DNA from: the human T2T-CHM13v2.0 reference genome, Homo sapiens
DNA: 64,000 bases
Direction: 5' to 3' (one strand)
NCBI RefSeq assembly: GCF_009914755.1
Contig: NC_060927.1
Below are positions 1 to 12,398 of the stretch, piece after piece; position 1 is the stretch's first letter, and each line of letters starts with the position of its first letter. Under the pieces are notes generated by a model. That model was not told where the DNA came from. It made no database searches and was given only the letters and a program-made list of their open reading frames with translations. The translations under genes and the position numbers were made by a program.

Positions 1-555
1 ATGTAAACAAATATGAAAGGTTCACTGATGTGCTTTCAGATTTCACACTGCAACTAACTTGAGAAAGTATCCTGTGTCAAATTTTACTGTAGTATCAAAG
101 AAGAATATCCACAGTTGCCTGGAAGGTCCTTTAAAATGCATCGTCCTCCTTTTTCCAACTTTATGTCAGTGTGAGTTCAGATTTTCTTCATGTATTTCAA
201 CCAAAACAACAGCATGCAAAAGATGGGCTGCAGAAGCAGTTATGGGAATCCAGCAATCTTCTGCAAGTCATTGAAGAGATTTGCAGATATATAAAACAAT
301 GTCTTAAAATTTTCTTCTACTTTTTTTGTTTTGAAACATATAGTTATTTTAGTAACAAGATAGGTATGTTAATGTATTACAGGTTTAGTATTGTCATTTT
401 TAAATGAATTAAAAAAATTTAAATTGTTCTCAGTTTTAATTTCTCTTATGGTAAATATCAATAGCTATTACCCACATGAACAAAAACTCTGTAGGGGTCT
501 TGATAATTTTTAAGAGTATAAAGGGTACTGAGACCAAACAATTTGGGAATCACTG
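1..555 (+). mobile_element. Charlie1-like hAT DNA transposon fragment in LMCD1 intron
   Basis: Motifs caaagaagaatatccacagttg, ttttcttcatgtatttcaaccaaaac; terminal tttgggaatcactg. Strand tentative. Confidence 0.75.
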
Positions 556-569
556 TGCTAAATAAATAA

Positions 570-735
570 CTTTATTTAGTCCTCGTGAATAGCCTGTTAG
601 GTAGGCAATATTATTGTGTCGCTTTGCAGATGACAAAACTGAGGCACGAAGAGGTATAGTGACTTGCCCAAGGTCACCCAGGAAGTAGAAAGGCTGGAGC
701 TGGAATTCGAACCCATGTCACTGTGCTCTCCTGAC
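570..735 (-). mobile_element. MIR
   Basis: cagatgacaaaactgaggcac...gacttgcccaaggtcac core. Many further MIR fragments, e.g. ~1120-1490, 1930-2300, 11080-11310, 19330-19830, 36225-36460, 46650-46850, 61050-61280. Confidence 0.85.
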
Positions 736-771
736 TTCCTTGTCTCCTATGGTCCTTCCCCATCCTTCCAG

Positions 772-987
772 GTCTGCGAGCTCTGCAAGGGAGCGGCCCC
801 TCCTGACAGCCCCGTGGTCTACTCGGACAGGGCAGGCTACAACAAGCAGTGGCACCCCACCTGCTTTGTGTGTGCCAAGTGCTCCGAGCCGCTGGTGGAC
901 CTCATCTACTTCTGGAAGGATGGTGCACCCTGGTGCGGCCGCCATTACTGCGAGAGTCTGCGGCCCCGGTGCTCCGGCTGCGATGAG
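772..987 (+). CDS. LMCD1: LMCD1 penultimate coding exon (LIM domain 1 and start of LIM2), 72 codons, phase 0/0
   Basis: Pyrimidine tract + cag acceptor (769-771), gt donor at 988. Encodes VCELCK...[11 protein letters not shown]...[19 protein letters not shown], a C-x2-C...H-x2-C-x2-C-x2-C...C-x2-H LIM motif of the testin/prickle/LMCD1 type. Confidence 0.96.
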
Positions 988-2779
988 GTGGGAGATAGCC
1001 GCGAGATGGGTTAGGGGGCTTGAGGGACACTGCTGAGGGTAAAAGCCCAGAGGCCAAGAGGAGCATGGCTTTGTGGATGATGTGTTCTACAGATTGGGAA
1101 ACTGAAGTCAGGCCTCACTGCATGCTCTCAACCTTCATTTTCTCATCTGCAAAATGAGGCAGACAACCATGGGATTGTTGGGAGGGCTCAGACACAGTGC
1201 CGGTGAATCTTGTCCTTGGCATAATGCCTAGCACTTAGTAAGTACTCAGAACATAGCAGGATGAACCAGGAGGCATTGCCCACGTTCAAACCTGTATCTG
1301 CATCTCTTATTATTATTATCATGTGGTTACCTAACTCCGGAGCCTCAGCTGAGTCTCAGTTTTACTACTTATAAAATAGGGATGAGACCAGCGCCCATCC
1401 CATAGAGTGGCTATGAGGATAGATGAGATAATGCATGAAAATGCTTGCCACAGGGCCTGACCTAGGAACTTATAAATGGTAGCTGCTGTTAGTCTTACGA
1501 TAATATACTATAATATGAGACTTAACATTAATATGACACAATACAATACAATATGATAGAGATGCTATGAAAGAGATTCAAGTCTCTGATACTGGTTTGA
1601 TGAAAGTAACTCTAAGGTGTATTAATAATGGCAATACTAATTATGATCATAGTATGTACTATTTGCATGCCTTTGGTTGCAGGCAATATACTAACTTCAT
1701 CTTTGGCATGTATGAAGGTTAGAAATGTCTTCTTTATATTGAACCAACATCTATTTTCTACCACCTTCTACGAATTGGTCACCATATGAAGTTAAGACCC
1801 TGTAGTCCTCTTACCTAATAACTCTGTTATTAAGTGATATTAAGAAGGAAAAGGACTGTCACAGGCCTGCCCTGGAGCCTCATTTTTGAAGTGACAACAG
1901 TATATGCACAATAACAATTCTCTATCATTTATTAAGGGCTTACGGTGGGTCAGTAATTTGCTACATACTTTACGTACAACATGCTATTTATATCACAACA
2001 ATCCTTTAGGGAGAGATAAGCATGATTTTTTCTCATTTCACGTTTAAGAAAAGTGCAGCTCTGAAAGGTCAATGCTAATTAGATAGCCCTGACTTTGTGT
2101 CAGTCAACATTCTAAGCCTTTCATATGTAGTTGGTCATTTGGCAATCATAGAACCTTGTGGGATGGAAAGTATTTATATCCCCATTTTACAGATGTGGAA
2201 GCTGAGGCACAGGGGGATTAAGTAATTTGCCCAAAGTCACAAAGCTGGTAGATGTCTTAAGTGAAAACTCATACCCAGTTCTTGTTTGACTCCAATACTA
2301 GAAGGCCCATTAAACATTATGCTCCTCTGCACTTCCTGAGCCTCAGGGGATCCTTACAATATGTCTATTCCAAGTGTCACTTCATTCCAAGCCCAAGTGA
2401 CCCTCTGTATTCTTGCTCTTGATGATTGGCCATTGGCAGTTTATCTATCCTTAAGCTTTCTTCACCAGGGTGTGTAATCCCACCTTGGAACTAAACTTTA
2501 GATTTGACCCAAAGAGTATCACAGATACCTAGATAAGTAAAACCTGCCTGTAGTGGAGGATTTTTTTTATTCCATCTGAGAAGCTAAGATGCAACCACAA
2601 CCTTCACCAAATATTATCCTTACTGCCTCAAATTTATGCCAGATTTTTCCACTAAGGCTTTAAAAGGTCAAAACAAGAATAGGATGGGATGAACCACCAC
2701 CCTATAACTTGTCCTAGATATACCATCTCTACCTAGGGACAGAAACTGAGTCATGCATTTCTCCTGCTCCCCTCCCCAG

Positions 2780-2938
2780 ATAATATTCGCTGAGGACTAC
2801 CAGCGTGTGGAAGATCTGGCCTGGCACCGAAAGCACTTTGTCTGTGAGGGTTGTGAGCAGCTGCTGAGCGGCCGGGCGTACATCGTCACCAAGGGTCAGC
2901 TTCTGTGCCCAACTTGCAGCAAGTCCAAACGCTCCTGA
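2780..2938 (+). CDS. LMCD1: LMCD1 last coding exon (rest of LIM2 to stop)
   Basis: ctcctgctcccctccccag acceptor ending 2779. Encodes [55 protein letters not shown] and joins in frame with 772-987 to complete LIM2 (H-x2-H variant). Confidence 0.96.
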   Translation: MIFAEDYQRVEDLAWHRKHFVCEGCEQLLSGRAYIVTKGQLLCPTCSKSKRS

Positions 2939-3040
2939 AGGGCTGCCCACCCACAGCCAGAATCCACAGGATCCCACCGAGAAGGAGAGCCAGGTGTGCC
3001 GAGACCATCCTAAGGGTCCGATGTGACAGCAAGCAAGTGA

Positions 3041-3444
3041 AATAAACAATGATTTGCTTTTCAGTGAGAATATATATATGAGATATATATAGATATATAT
3101 TCTAGGTTGGGTGGTGGTAGATCCTTGAGGGTCAGTAGTTTCAAAACCAAAAATATTCTAAGAAGTCTTAGGATGGAGTTCCTTTTCTTTCTGTTGTTGT
3201 TTCCCAGCTACAACCAACTAAAGACACAAATGGCGTTCTGCAAGGGGACTCTGGGAGGAGTTTTCCAGAATGCAATTCCGAGTGAGCAAATCGCATAGCT
3301 GTAGAATGTGCGTGCTTTTTTGTGGACACAGGAGCTCCTCCAGGAGCAGGCTGGGATCCCAACTATCGCTTGTTGCCTCTTTTTCAAGTGGAATTTGAAT
3401 TTTAAATAAACAACTTTTTTTGGCATGATAAACAGATCAATAAA
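3041..3444 (+). terminator. LMCD1: Proximal LMCD1 polyadenylation signals (AATAAA at 3041, 3405, 3439)
   Basis: Three canonical hexamers 100-500 nt after the stop, with T-rich flanks. Confidence 0.75.
3068..3100. repeat. (TA)n/(GA)-interrupted microsatellite in the LMCD1 3' UTR
   Basis: aatatatatatgagatatatatagatatatat. Confidence 0.8.
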
Positions 3445-5054
3445 AGTTTTGTGAATTCCACATACACCCTTATCTAATTATTTACACCATGGCAGTGATT
3501 TTGCAACACCCAGTGCTGGCAGAAAATATAGTAAAATACTAATGAGCCTCTCTATCAATGTATCTCATCAGACTTCCACTGGGAGTGTAGGCTTTGGGAC
3601 AGAACCCCCGCCCCACCTGCCTATTCCAGATACTCCCAGATCACTAATGTAACAAAGGTATCATGTTTTATGGTACACTGAAAAGTGGCCTGCTGGGAAC
3701 TGATGAGCTTCTCTTTAGCCAGGGACCTGACTCAGCTGCCCTCAGAGCCCAGGAAAATAGCGAATGAACCCCTCTGGGAATAAGACCAGTACTGGGAAAC
3801 CACTGAACAGGGGCCACCTAAGCTCCACCAATGGGTGCCACATGGGATGTGGTGACTAATGTGGGCAGATCTTTAAAAATACAGCACTTTTTCAAATGCC
3901 AAAACAATCAGAAACAAAATTTTTTCAATAAAAATTAATCTAAAATTTAACAATGCCACTTTTATGAGAAATCTCAATTTTTAATGTTGCCAACTAAACA
4001 TTGAATGAGTCACGTAGAATAGGTCTTTGGGCCAAATTGTATCTCCATTTTATGGTCTCTCTGAACATTTTCAGCTCTTAAATTAATTTCTTTCCCACAG
4101 TTTCTAAGAAAAACATATTTTTCTACTGGGAGTATAAGGATGAAAAAGACACAAGTCCTAGGAGCTTACGGTCTGGTCGCCAGTGGTTTTCTTTCTTGAA
4201 CTTCCTCATCTGCTGCCAGTTTTCTTTAACCTCATCATCCAAATTTCACTCTGACCATCTCGTACCTAGAAAACCCCCATTCATGTGCTTTATAAGTTTC
4301 ACCAAAGCCATTGCTATATCCTCCCAAGGCAGTGGTTTTCTGCTCCCAGCTCCTTTCTCTAGTCACCCTCAGTTTCCTCGTCATGTTCATCTTCTCAAAG
4401 ATAAGTTTCAAGTGTGTCATTTCCTTCACTCAATCTCCATGGCTCTTCATTGCCTGCCAAGTTAACAACCAAGTCCTCATGGACATTTGAATCCTTCCAA
4501 AACTTGGCTTATGTCTTTCTGGCCTTGGAGCCCTTTATTTCCCTAGATTTCTAGTTCCCTATTTCTTCCTAAGCATGCAGAAGCTCCCTCTGATCAAGCC
4601 CTTCCCTTTGCTTTTGCTAGTTGAAGACTGGCTACCTGAAGACCAACTCTGGCTGTTGAAATTCTATTCATCCTATAAGGTGCTTCTCAAGCATAACCTG
4701 CTTCTCTGGCACTTTCCTGAAGCGCCAGTGAAATATTCACCAATTCATCATTCATTCATCCATTCCACAAGTATTTCAGTGAGCACGGCAAAGTTCCAAT
4801 TCCCATGCTGAATATAGGGGATGCGGGGTGCACAAAAAGAACAGTGACCCCTACGCCCATAGATGTTACGGTCTGTGGGGGAGATGGGCCTCAAGCAAAT
4901 ATTCTCACAAGTCAATGCAAAATTACACTACTGTGCATGCTATAAAAGGAAGATTTGTGTTACTATAATGCATGTAAACTGGACTTAGGAATATCGACAG
5001 AGGTGCCCCTGGGAAAGTGATGCTTGAACTGGGCTGTAAAGGATGAGTAGCCTT

Positions 5055-5336
5055 GCCAGGCATAGTGGCTCAGGCCTGTATTCTCAGCACTTTGGGAGGC
5101 CAAAGCGGGTGGATCACTTGAGCCTAGGAGTTCGAGACCGGCCTGGGCAACATGGCAAAACTCCACCCCTACAAAAAATACAAAAACTATCTGGCATGGT
5201 GGCACACCTGTAGTATCAGTTACTCTAGAGGATAACCTGAGCCCAGTAAGTCAAGGCTGCAGTGAGCTGTGATCATGCCACAGCACTCCAGCCTGGGTGA
5301 CAGAGTGAGACCCTGTTTCCAAAAAAAAAAAAAAAA
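5055..5336 (+). mobile_element. AluJ
   Basis: Dimeric Alu with A16 tail and degenerate TSD aaaggatgagtagcct/aaaggataggttgcct. Confidence 0.92.
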
Positions 5337-5908
5337 GGATAGGTTGCCTCTAAGTTGGCAAAGAGAGGAAGGACAATGGTTAAAGATGGATACATGAATG
5401 CATGTGCAAAGGCCCTGTGGTGGAAGCCCCACCAGTTTATTCAACACCTATTTGCTGGTGTTGGAGATACAGTGGTGAACATGGCCCATGGATGGAACTG
5501 AAAGAAAACTGGTGTGGCAGGAGCACAGAGCATGGTGAGGAGGGTGGGCCTGGGGCATGAGAGGCAGGCATGGCCAGCCTGCTCCAGTTCTGGGGCAATT
5601 CAAAAGACTGGTCTCTGTTCTAGGAGCAAGGGGGAGCCTTCAAACAGCTTTAAGGAGGGGGTGGTGATGGCTGGACAGGGAGATCATGAGATACGTCATC
5701 TCTTCTCTGTTGAAACCCCAGCACAATGCATGATTGACTTTGTCCACTGGGTCACACCATCATGGATGGGCATTATCTCCCACAACAGTCCCCATGGGGC
5801 ACCACCCAGCACCTGCCCCTGCCTTTCTCATGTCTATTAATGACACCCACCCTTGCATTTGGAGCACCTGAATCATCTCTGCCACTTGCCTTCATATCTG
5901 ATGGGTCA

Positions 5909-6946
5909 CTCAGTCCAGTCCTTTCTCTCCATCCTCCCTTTCACTCCATCCCCAAAGTCATATCTCACCTTGAACATTTTCTGCTCAGACTGACAAGTCT
6001 CCCCGACGGGAACTCACCCTCTCCACCCACCACTTCCAGATGAATTGCTCAGAAACACACCCTCATCTTGCACTCTCCTCTTCAAGAACAATCAGGGGCT
6101 CCCTGTTGCACACACAGAAAAAAATTGAAACTGTTTTACCTTGCAGTCGAGTTTCTTATTTTTCCTGCCCCAACCCTCCTTCCTTCCTGTTATCCTTTCA
6201 GAAGCCAAATGGGCAGTTTACAGTCACAGTATGTGCCCCTGCTTTCCTCACCTCTGTACCATCACTCACGCTGTGCTTTTTGCCTGCAATTCCCCACACT
6301 GTGTTTAATTGCTGCCTCTGCTGGGGGGCTGCAATAGCTGAGTGGGATTCTGTACCAGAATTGGAAAGATCCATGTTAACTCTTGCCTGATTCTATCTCC
6401 CATGTCAGCAGGAAGAGGGGCTGCCATCCCCACCCCTCCCACTCTCTAGGAAGACTTTCCTCCCTCACCCTTCCCTTGGGGTGTTTTAGGTGCCCTTTAT
6501 CTGTAAGTTCATAATATCCCAGGCTTACAGTAATTCTTCCAAGGCCTTTATTGTGCTATAATTATTTATTCATGAAAGCCTTCCCCTATGAACTTCTAAA
6601 GAATAATCGTATTATCTTTATTTCCCCAACTCTTAGTACAAATCCTGGCAACTAAATGAAAGAACAAACAACCTGGGGTTCTGGGATGGTTCGTCTTTGC
6701 TGATGGCACTGTGTTCCAAAATGGCCAAGGTCAAATATAAAAATTTCAGACTGAGGTAGACACTGCTGGCAGCCTACACATTGCCACCACACCCCACTTC
6801 CTTCTTCCTAGTGGCAAGGAAGCAGTGGGTGGAGAGGGTGAGTTCCTGTCAGGGAGACTTGTCAGTCTGAGCAGAAAATGTTCAAAGTGAGATATGACTT
6901 TGGGGATGGAGACAAAGGGAGGATGGAGAGAAAGGACTGGACTGAG
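5909..6946. repeat. 129-bp inverted repeat (arms 5909-6037 and 6818-6946, 7 mismatches, 780-bp spacer)
   Basis: Manual alignment of the left arm to the reverse complement of the right arm: 122/129 identical, no gaps. Confidence 0.95.
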
Positions 6947-7125
6947 AGAAGAGCCCACTCCCCTTTATGTAAATTGGCTTTGCCAACCTGGTCTGCAGCT
7001 GGAGAAAGGCCATGCGCCTCTATTACCAGCCAGTGGGGCTTCCGCCTTAGGAGGGTCTTAGAAAAGTGTTTTTCCTTAATGAAAGGAGATACTGTGCAGT
7101 AAATAGCCCTGCTGTTGTTTTCTTT

Positions 7126-8220
7126 TCTTTTGATAGAATGTCAAACTTACGAACAAAGTTACAAGAAGAGAACAAAGAGCTATTAGAGGGTGTTGCTGAC
7201 ACAATGCTTTATCACTCTTGAATATTTTCGTGTGTAATTCCTACAAATAAGGACATTCTCCCACATAGCCACAATACAACCATCAAAATCAGGAAGTTAA
7301 CGCTGATGTGTTTCTACCATGTAATCCTCAGATCCAATTCAAGTGTCACCAGCTGTCCCAATAATGTCTTTTATAACAAAAACATTCAGTCTAAGATCAC
7401 TCATTCTATTTAGTTATCTTGTCTATTCTTCAATTTGGAAGTGTTCTTTGTTCTTTCCTGAATGTTCATGACCTTGACATCTTAGAAGATTAAAGGTTGT
7501 TTAAAGTTGTTGAGTTAAATATCCATTAAATTAGGTTTGTCAGATATTTCCTCGAAATTAGATTCAGCTTATGCATTTTTTGGAAGGAATACCACAGAAG
7601 TGATGTTGTTTTCTTTCTGTTGCATCCAATCAGATGATACAGGATTTTGATTTGTTCCATTACTGTTGACATGAATTTTGAACATTTGATAATGCCAGTA
7701 TCAGCCAGATTTTTCCATTGTAAAGTCATTCCTTTGTCCTTTGTATTTAATAAGTATGTTTAGGGACTTTGAGACTATGTCAATGTCCTGTTCTTCATCA
7801 AAATTCCACTCACTCATTCTTAGTATTCATTGACGTTTACTGATCGAACTAATTATTATTATGATAGTTGCCAAATGTTGGTTTTTCTAATTCAATCATT
7901 TCTTTAGTGTTTATTAGCATTCTACTATAAGGAAAAGCACTATCTTCTCCCCATTTATTAATTCACATATTTACATCAGCTTGGAGTTATTGATTTCTAT
8001 TTTATTAAATAGTTTATAATTGATTACCATCCTTATTTATTTTAATGCTCAAATTGTCCCAAATTATGGCCAAAGAAAGCTCCTTCAAACTGGTTGCTAT
8101 GTCCTTTTGACATGGCCCATCATTCTTTAAACACATTTTACATCTGGCACAATAACGTGCTACATACCCATCTTGTATTTTTCCTGCCCCATCTTTTAAA
8201 TCAGCCATTCTCAAGGGGTT
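7126..8220 (-). mobile_element. L1MC4/5-like 3' fragment
   Basis: aaataaggacattctc...ccacaatacaaccatcaaaatcaggaag; ggaaggaataccacagaagtgatg. Confidence 0.75.
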
Positions 8221-8396
8221 CCTTCTTAATCTGGCTGTTGTTGTGTTGGAACTCCTGGTACCATCTTAGAACCTTAAGGAGACAAGCGAACCAAGCCAAT
8301 AAGCTTTCCATGATGCTGCTTAGAGTTAAACAGAGCCCAGGTACTAAGTTATGTCATGGAGACAGTGAACTAACCTCTGGACTGCTTGCTACATGA
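8112..8396 (+). CDS. LINC00312: Putative 94-aa NAG7/ERR-10 ORF (MAHHSLNTFY...SGLLAT), TE-derived, coding status doubtful
   Basis: ATG at 8112 in strong Kozak context (gacATGG), TGA 8394-8396, two LxxLL motifs (LPHLL, LIWLL). Overlaps an antisense L1MC and an MLT1 LTR. Confidence 0.4.
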   Translation: MAHHSLNTFYIWHNNVLHTHLVFFLPHLLNQPFSRGSFLIWLLLCWNSWYHLRTLRRQANQANKLSMMLLRVKQSPGTKLCHGDSELTSGLLAT

Positions 8397-8589
8397 GACA
8401 ATTGATTTTCTTATTTTCTATGTAGGGTGGTACATTTCCTCATTTTGAGATATTTCTTCAACATATAGCTTTTCATTAGTGGGGATTTTGTCAATTATAA
8501 CCAAAAACAATGTGACGGATACCCAAGATGTTTCATGTTGTAGCTTGGGTGAATTACACATTTCTGAAGCCATTACACTTCCTAGTTTA

Positions 8590-8760
8590 TTTGGATTTAA
8601 GTTGACAAATAAAAATTGCATATGTTTATGGTCTATAACATGGTGTTTCAATATATGTATACATCGTGGAATGGCTAAATCAAGCTAACATATCCATTAC
8701 CTCACATAGTTATTTTTTGTGGTGAGAACATTTTAAAAATATTGTCTTAGCAATTTTCAA
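8590..8760 (-). mobile_element. L1MA-type 3' end fragment
   Basis: gtggaatggctaaatcaagctaacatatccattacctcacatagttattttttgtggtgagaac. Confidence 0.75.
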
Positions 8761-9159
8761 TCAAGCCTGTCCCATGGAGACACAAGCAATAGTGACATGA
8801 GCACTTGACTCGCTGGGTTATCAGGCTTTGGCTCCAAATGTTTGGCTTCAAATATGAAAAAATTACATGAAAGATGAAACTATGCAATGGCATGGCTGTT
8901 GGTCATTCACATCTCTCTCTGCCAAGAATGGAGATGACGCTGTTGAAGGAAGAAATGTGTTTTCTCCTTTTTCTCAAGTGATATTTGCCTTAGGTCAGAT
9001 TCTACTAGTTTAAAGCAAAACGATCTCCTGGTCTGATTCCTTTGGGTCTCTAATAATGGAAACTGCAAGGATCAGCATAAAGTGTTCCTTTGTTCTGACG
9101 TTGGTATAACATTGCTTCTTGAAAAATGAAAGTATTTGGACATGCAGACAGAAGCAATA

Positions 9160-9680
9160 TTATTCAGGTCTTCCTTGTTGCAAGTGAGGGAAATCCAATT
9201 AAAACTGGTTTAAACCTAAAAAAAAAAAAAAGAAGAAAAGAAAAGAAAAAATATGAGAGGGGTTTTGCTTTCTGGAATCTGCTTTCTAGTCAGAAAGTGC
9301 AGAAGAAGGGCTAGCTTCAGGAACAATTGGATGCAGTAGTTCAAATCACAAGTTAAGTCTCTGCTTCTTTTCTCCATCTCTCTTCTGTCTTCCTCCACAC
9401 TGGCTTTATTCTTAGGTAGGCTTACCCAGATAGTCATAAACACAGCCACCAGTGGCAGCTGGGCTCACTTTTGTCCTTGGAGCCAGTGAGCCCATGAAAA
9501 AGGAGCTTCTCTTTCTGGAGCTTCCCAGGGGTAACTTTGATCAGCCAACAAGGGTCAGTCCTATGCTTATCCCTTGACCAATCTCTGTGCCCAGAGGGCA
9601 GGGTACTCTGATTGGCAATACCTTCATCGTGGGCCAACCACTGTGGGGAAGGGGGAGGGATTAGAAAAGACAGCCACACC
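9160..9680 (-). mobile_element. MLT1J/K-like LTR
   Basis: ttgcaagtgagggaaatccaattaaaactggtttaa ... ttgaccaatctctgtgcccagagg. Confidence 0.55.
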
Positions 9681-11539
9681 CAAATCTCATGAAGCAGTCC
9701 CCTTTATTTTAAAAAAGTCCCTGTGAGAGCAACAGGAGCAAAGCATGGAGAAGAAGCAATCTTGGAGAAGCTGGAAGAGAACCGACCCAAAGAATCCAAG
9801 AGACTAAGACTGTGCAGGGTTGGGGAACGGAAGCTCACACAGGAGGCCTGGACAGAGCTGCAGCAGAGCCAGGAGAGAAGCCAAGTGGCACAGCTCATCT
9901 TGAAGTAATTATAATGCCACTAAAATTCTCATTTGTATTAATTTTTTTTAATTACTGGCAAGATAAGGCAAATGTTTTTAAAGGCCTAAATAAAATGATA
10001 TTCCCTGAAGGAAATGTCCAGAGGGTTTTATTTTGGCCTTATTTTTTTTAATTCTATGAAAGATGATGGAGACTTACTAAACTGTTTTTATGGGGAAAGT
10101 TTAATAAATGTGAAGGATGTACTTCCATGAGTTCAAATATGGAAAGTTTTAAAATAGAAGAGTGACACAAGCAGCTAATGATCCCAACATGTTAGAGTAT
10201 GCAGGCTGCTGGCCCAGATTCCGGTTTTTAATCAAATATATAAATTATGAAATATTGTTACAAGGAATCGCAAGCCTTTGCCCTACAAGGGAATGGTGTG
10301 TGCCTCAGTTGACAGGAGAGCTCTGCGGAGTTCATTTTCTGCTGATAAGGGGACAGGGAGAAAGAGCAGACGGGCAGTCATCCTTGGCCCACACAAGGGG
10401 ACCATCCAGTGCCAAAGCTGGAGGGAAGAACATGCTCCAACCAAAGACCCAGGCCAAATATAACAGTGTTTGTCTGTTCAGTATGTCGACCATGTGGTCT
10501 CTGTCTGCAGGGGAGGTGTCTGTGACATCTTGGGCCAGAGCATGCAAACACTGAGCTTTCAGCTTATTCCCACCTGAAAGGCCTTCCTTCCAGCTGCCTC
10601 TGCCTTCCAAGTTTAGCACAAGCTCTCCCTTCTTTAGGAAGCCCCACTGATTCCTCCAGCTATTCCTTTAGGTTCTCAGAGTCTCAACTGACTATGTAAT
10701 TGATTTGGTCCTTGATCACACCGTACTCATGTCAGACCCTGTGTTTTGTCTTCTGAACAATGGGAAGCTCACTCACTCATTAGTAGATTCTTGTATTCAT
10801 TCAGTCACTGGGCATTTACTCAGCACCTACTATGCCCCAAGCATTGTGCTAGGCCTTGGAAATGCAACAGTGGACACAGCAGACACGGCTCTTGTTCTAA
10901 AGGAGTGACGGTCTGTCAGAGGAGAGCAACAAGTAGACAATTATCTAATAAGACAGGCCTGAATCCCAGCAGAATCCCACCTTGTGTTCCTTTCCAAGGT
11001 ATCCCTCAGCCTCCCACAAATAGTCATGGCAGGAGTGGTCTTTCCCACTCACTGACCAAGTAGATTCAACAGGCCTGGCAGTGTAGCTTTGTCATTAACA
11101 GCATGGACTTAGGAGCTAGACTGCCTCTGATTCTAATCTGGGCACCTTAGATGAGTCATTTCACTTTGTCCCCAAGTTTCTCCATTATAAAATGGAGATA
11201 GTAATGGTGTTACTTTGTGAGGTTGTTCTGAGGATTTAATAGGTTTATGCATGGTTAGCTTTAGAACACCTCCTGGCACATAGTGAGTGTTCAGCAAGTA
11301 TCAGCCATTGCCCTTGTTGTTGCTGTTGTTTGTATTACCCAGCCGTGAACCCTGGAAGAAGATGACTCACTTGCAATCTCTTCTACTCTTCGAAACTGCA
11401 ATTTAAAAAAAATTATTATGTAAGTTTCCTAAAATCTATCAGAACAATTGCTCACTAATTTTCTTCTTTCTAGTCTGAGACCTTCCAGCAAATGCTCAAA
11501 TATTACCTCTCCACCAAGAGAGACATTTCAGCATCCTGA

Positions 11540-11553
11540 TACACACAGACACA

Positions 11554-11587
<34 letters not shown>
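11540..11587. repeat. (CA)n microsatellite
   Basis: About 15 pure CA units preceded by interrupted units. Confidence 0.95.
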
Positions 11588-11589
<2 letters not shown>

Positions 11590-12398
11590 GGTGAATGTAG
11601 ATGCTCTTCTGGTAGAGTCTACCTGCCAGTTCAAAGCCAAGCGTTGCCTGTGCTGTATTTGCACCGTGCATATTCTAAGAATGGCAAGTGGCTGGACTGA
11701 CCCGGAGACTCACACTGGGTCCCACAAAGTGTTAAGAGACTACCTGGGAGGGGCTGGGGAAACATTATACTAACAGGGCCATGCTTTTATGTCTCACCTA
11801 ACTCACCCTAGGATTCAAACTCAGAAATTGAAATCTCCAAAGGCCTTCCATTTAAAAAGCGGGGACCAGCACGTACCACTAACATCACTCCAGGAAGGTG
11901 ATCTTCTAGAAAATTGCCTCTCAAACCTGAGTGCTTATAAGAATCACCTGGGGAGATGGTTCAAATTTGGACGCTGATTCGGCAAGCCTGGATGCTGGTT
12001 TAGCAAGCCTGGAGGAACAAGGCCAGAGCGCAATGGAGTTGAAAGGGCCGATTAGAAGTCAGGTTATCTGACCTCTCACCTAAGAAGTGGGGAAACAGAC
12101 TTAGAGAGTAGAAGTAGCTATATCAGTATCACACAGCAAGCTCCAAGCAGAACCAAGAACACAGCCTGGGCCTTTCACTCCCAAGCAAACACCCATTCTG
12201 AGTCTACTAAACCAGGGATCAAATCCCGGTGCCGGTGCCTGCAAGAGCCAGGCGGTTTGGTAAATGTCTGATGCAAGCCAGCTGCCAAACAGCAGGGGCT
12301 CAGCTGCTTTGGCTCACTTTTTAAAACACTAGCAAAACATGGTTGTTGAGGACAACTGGCCTTTGGGCAGCCAGTTTGCATTCCCTATAACCTTAGAC

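Larger units (their letters stand above)
6751..8450 (+). mobile_element. Old MLT1(J/K/L)-like LTR, split by the inverted copy (6818-6946) and by L1MC (~7126-8220)
   Basis: Starts tgaggtagacactgctggcagccta...cttccttcttccta, continues ctgcagctggagaaaggccatg and ctggactgcttgctacatgagac. Confidence 0.55.
7120..10010 (+). ncRNA. LINC00312: LINC00312 (NAG7) region, possibly equivalent to an extended LMCD1 3' UTR; boundaries approximate
   Basis: Contains the 94-aa ORF that I recall as the NAG7/ERR-10 peptide. Lies just downstream of LMCD1, with AATAAA at 9989-9994 (another at 10103). Identity is recalled knowledge; the 5' end is not visible in the sequence. Confidence 0.6.

Noticed and set aside
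664-771. N-terminal extension of the LMCD1 exon ORF ([14 protein letters not shown]...)
   Set aside because: Intronic MIR plus polypyrimidine tract; the exon starts at 772.
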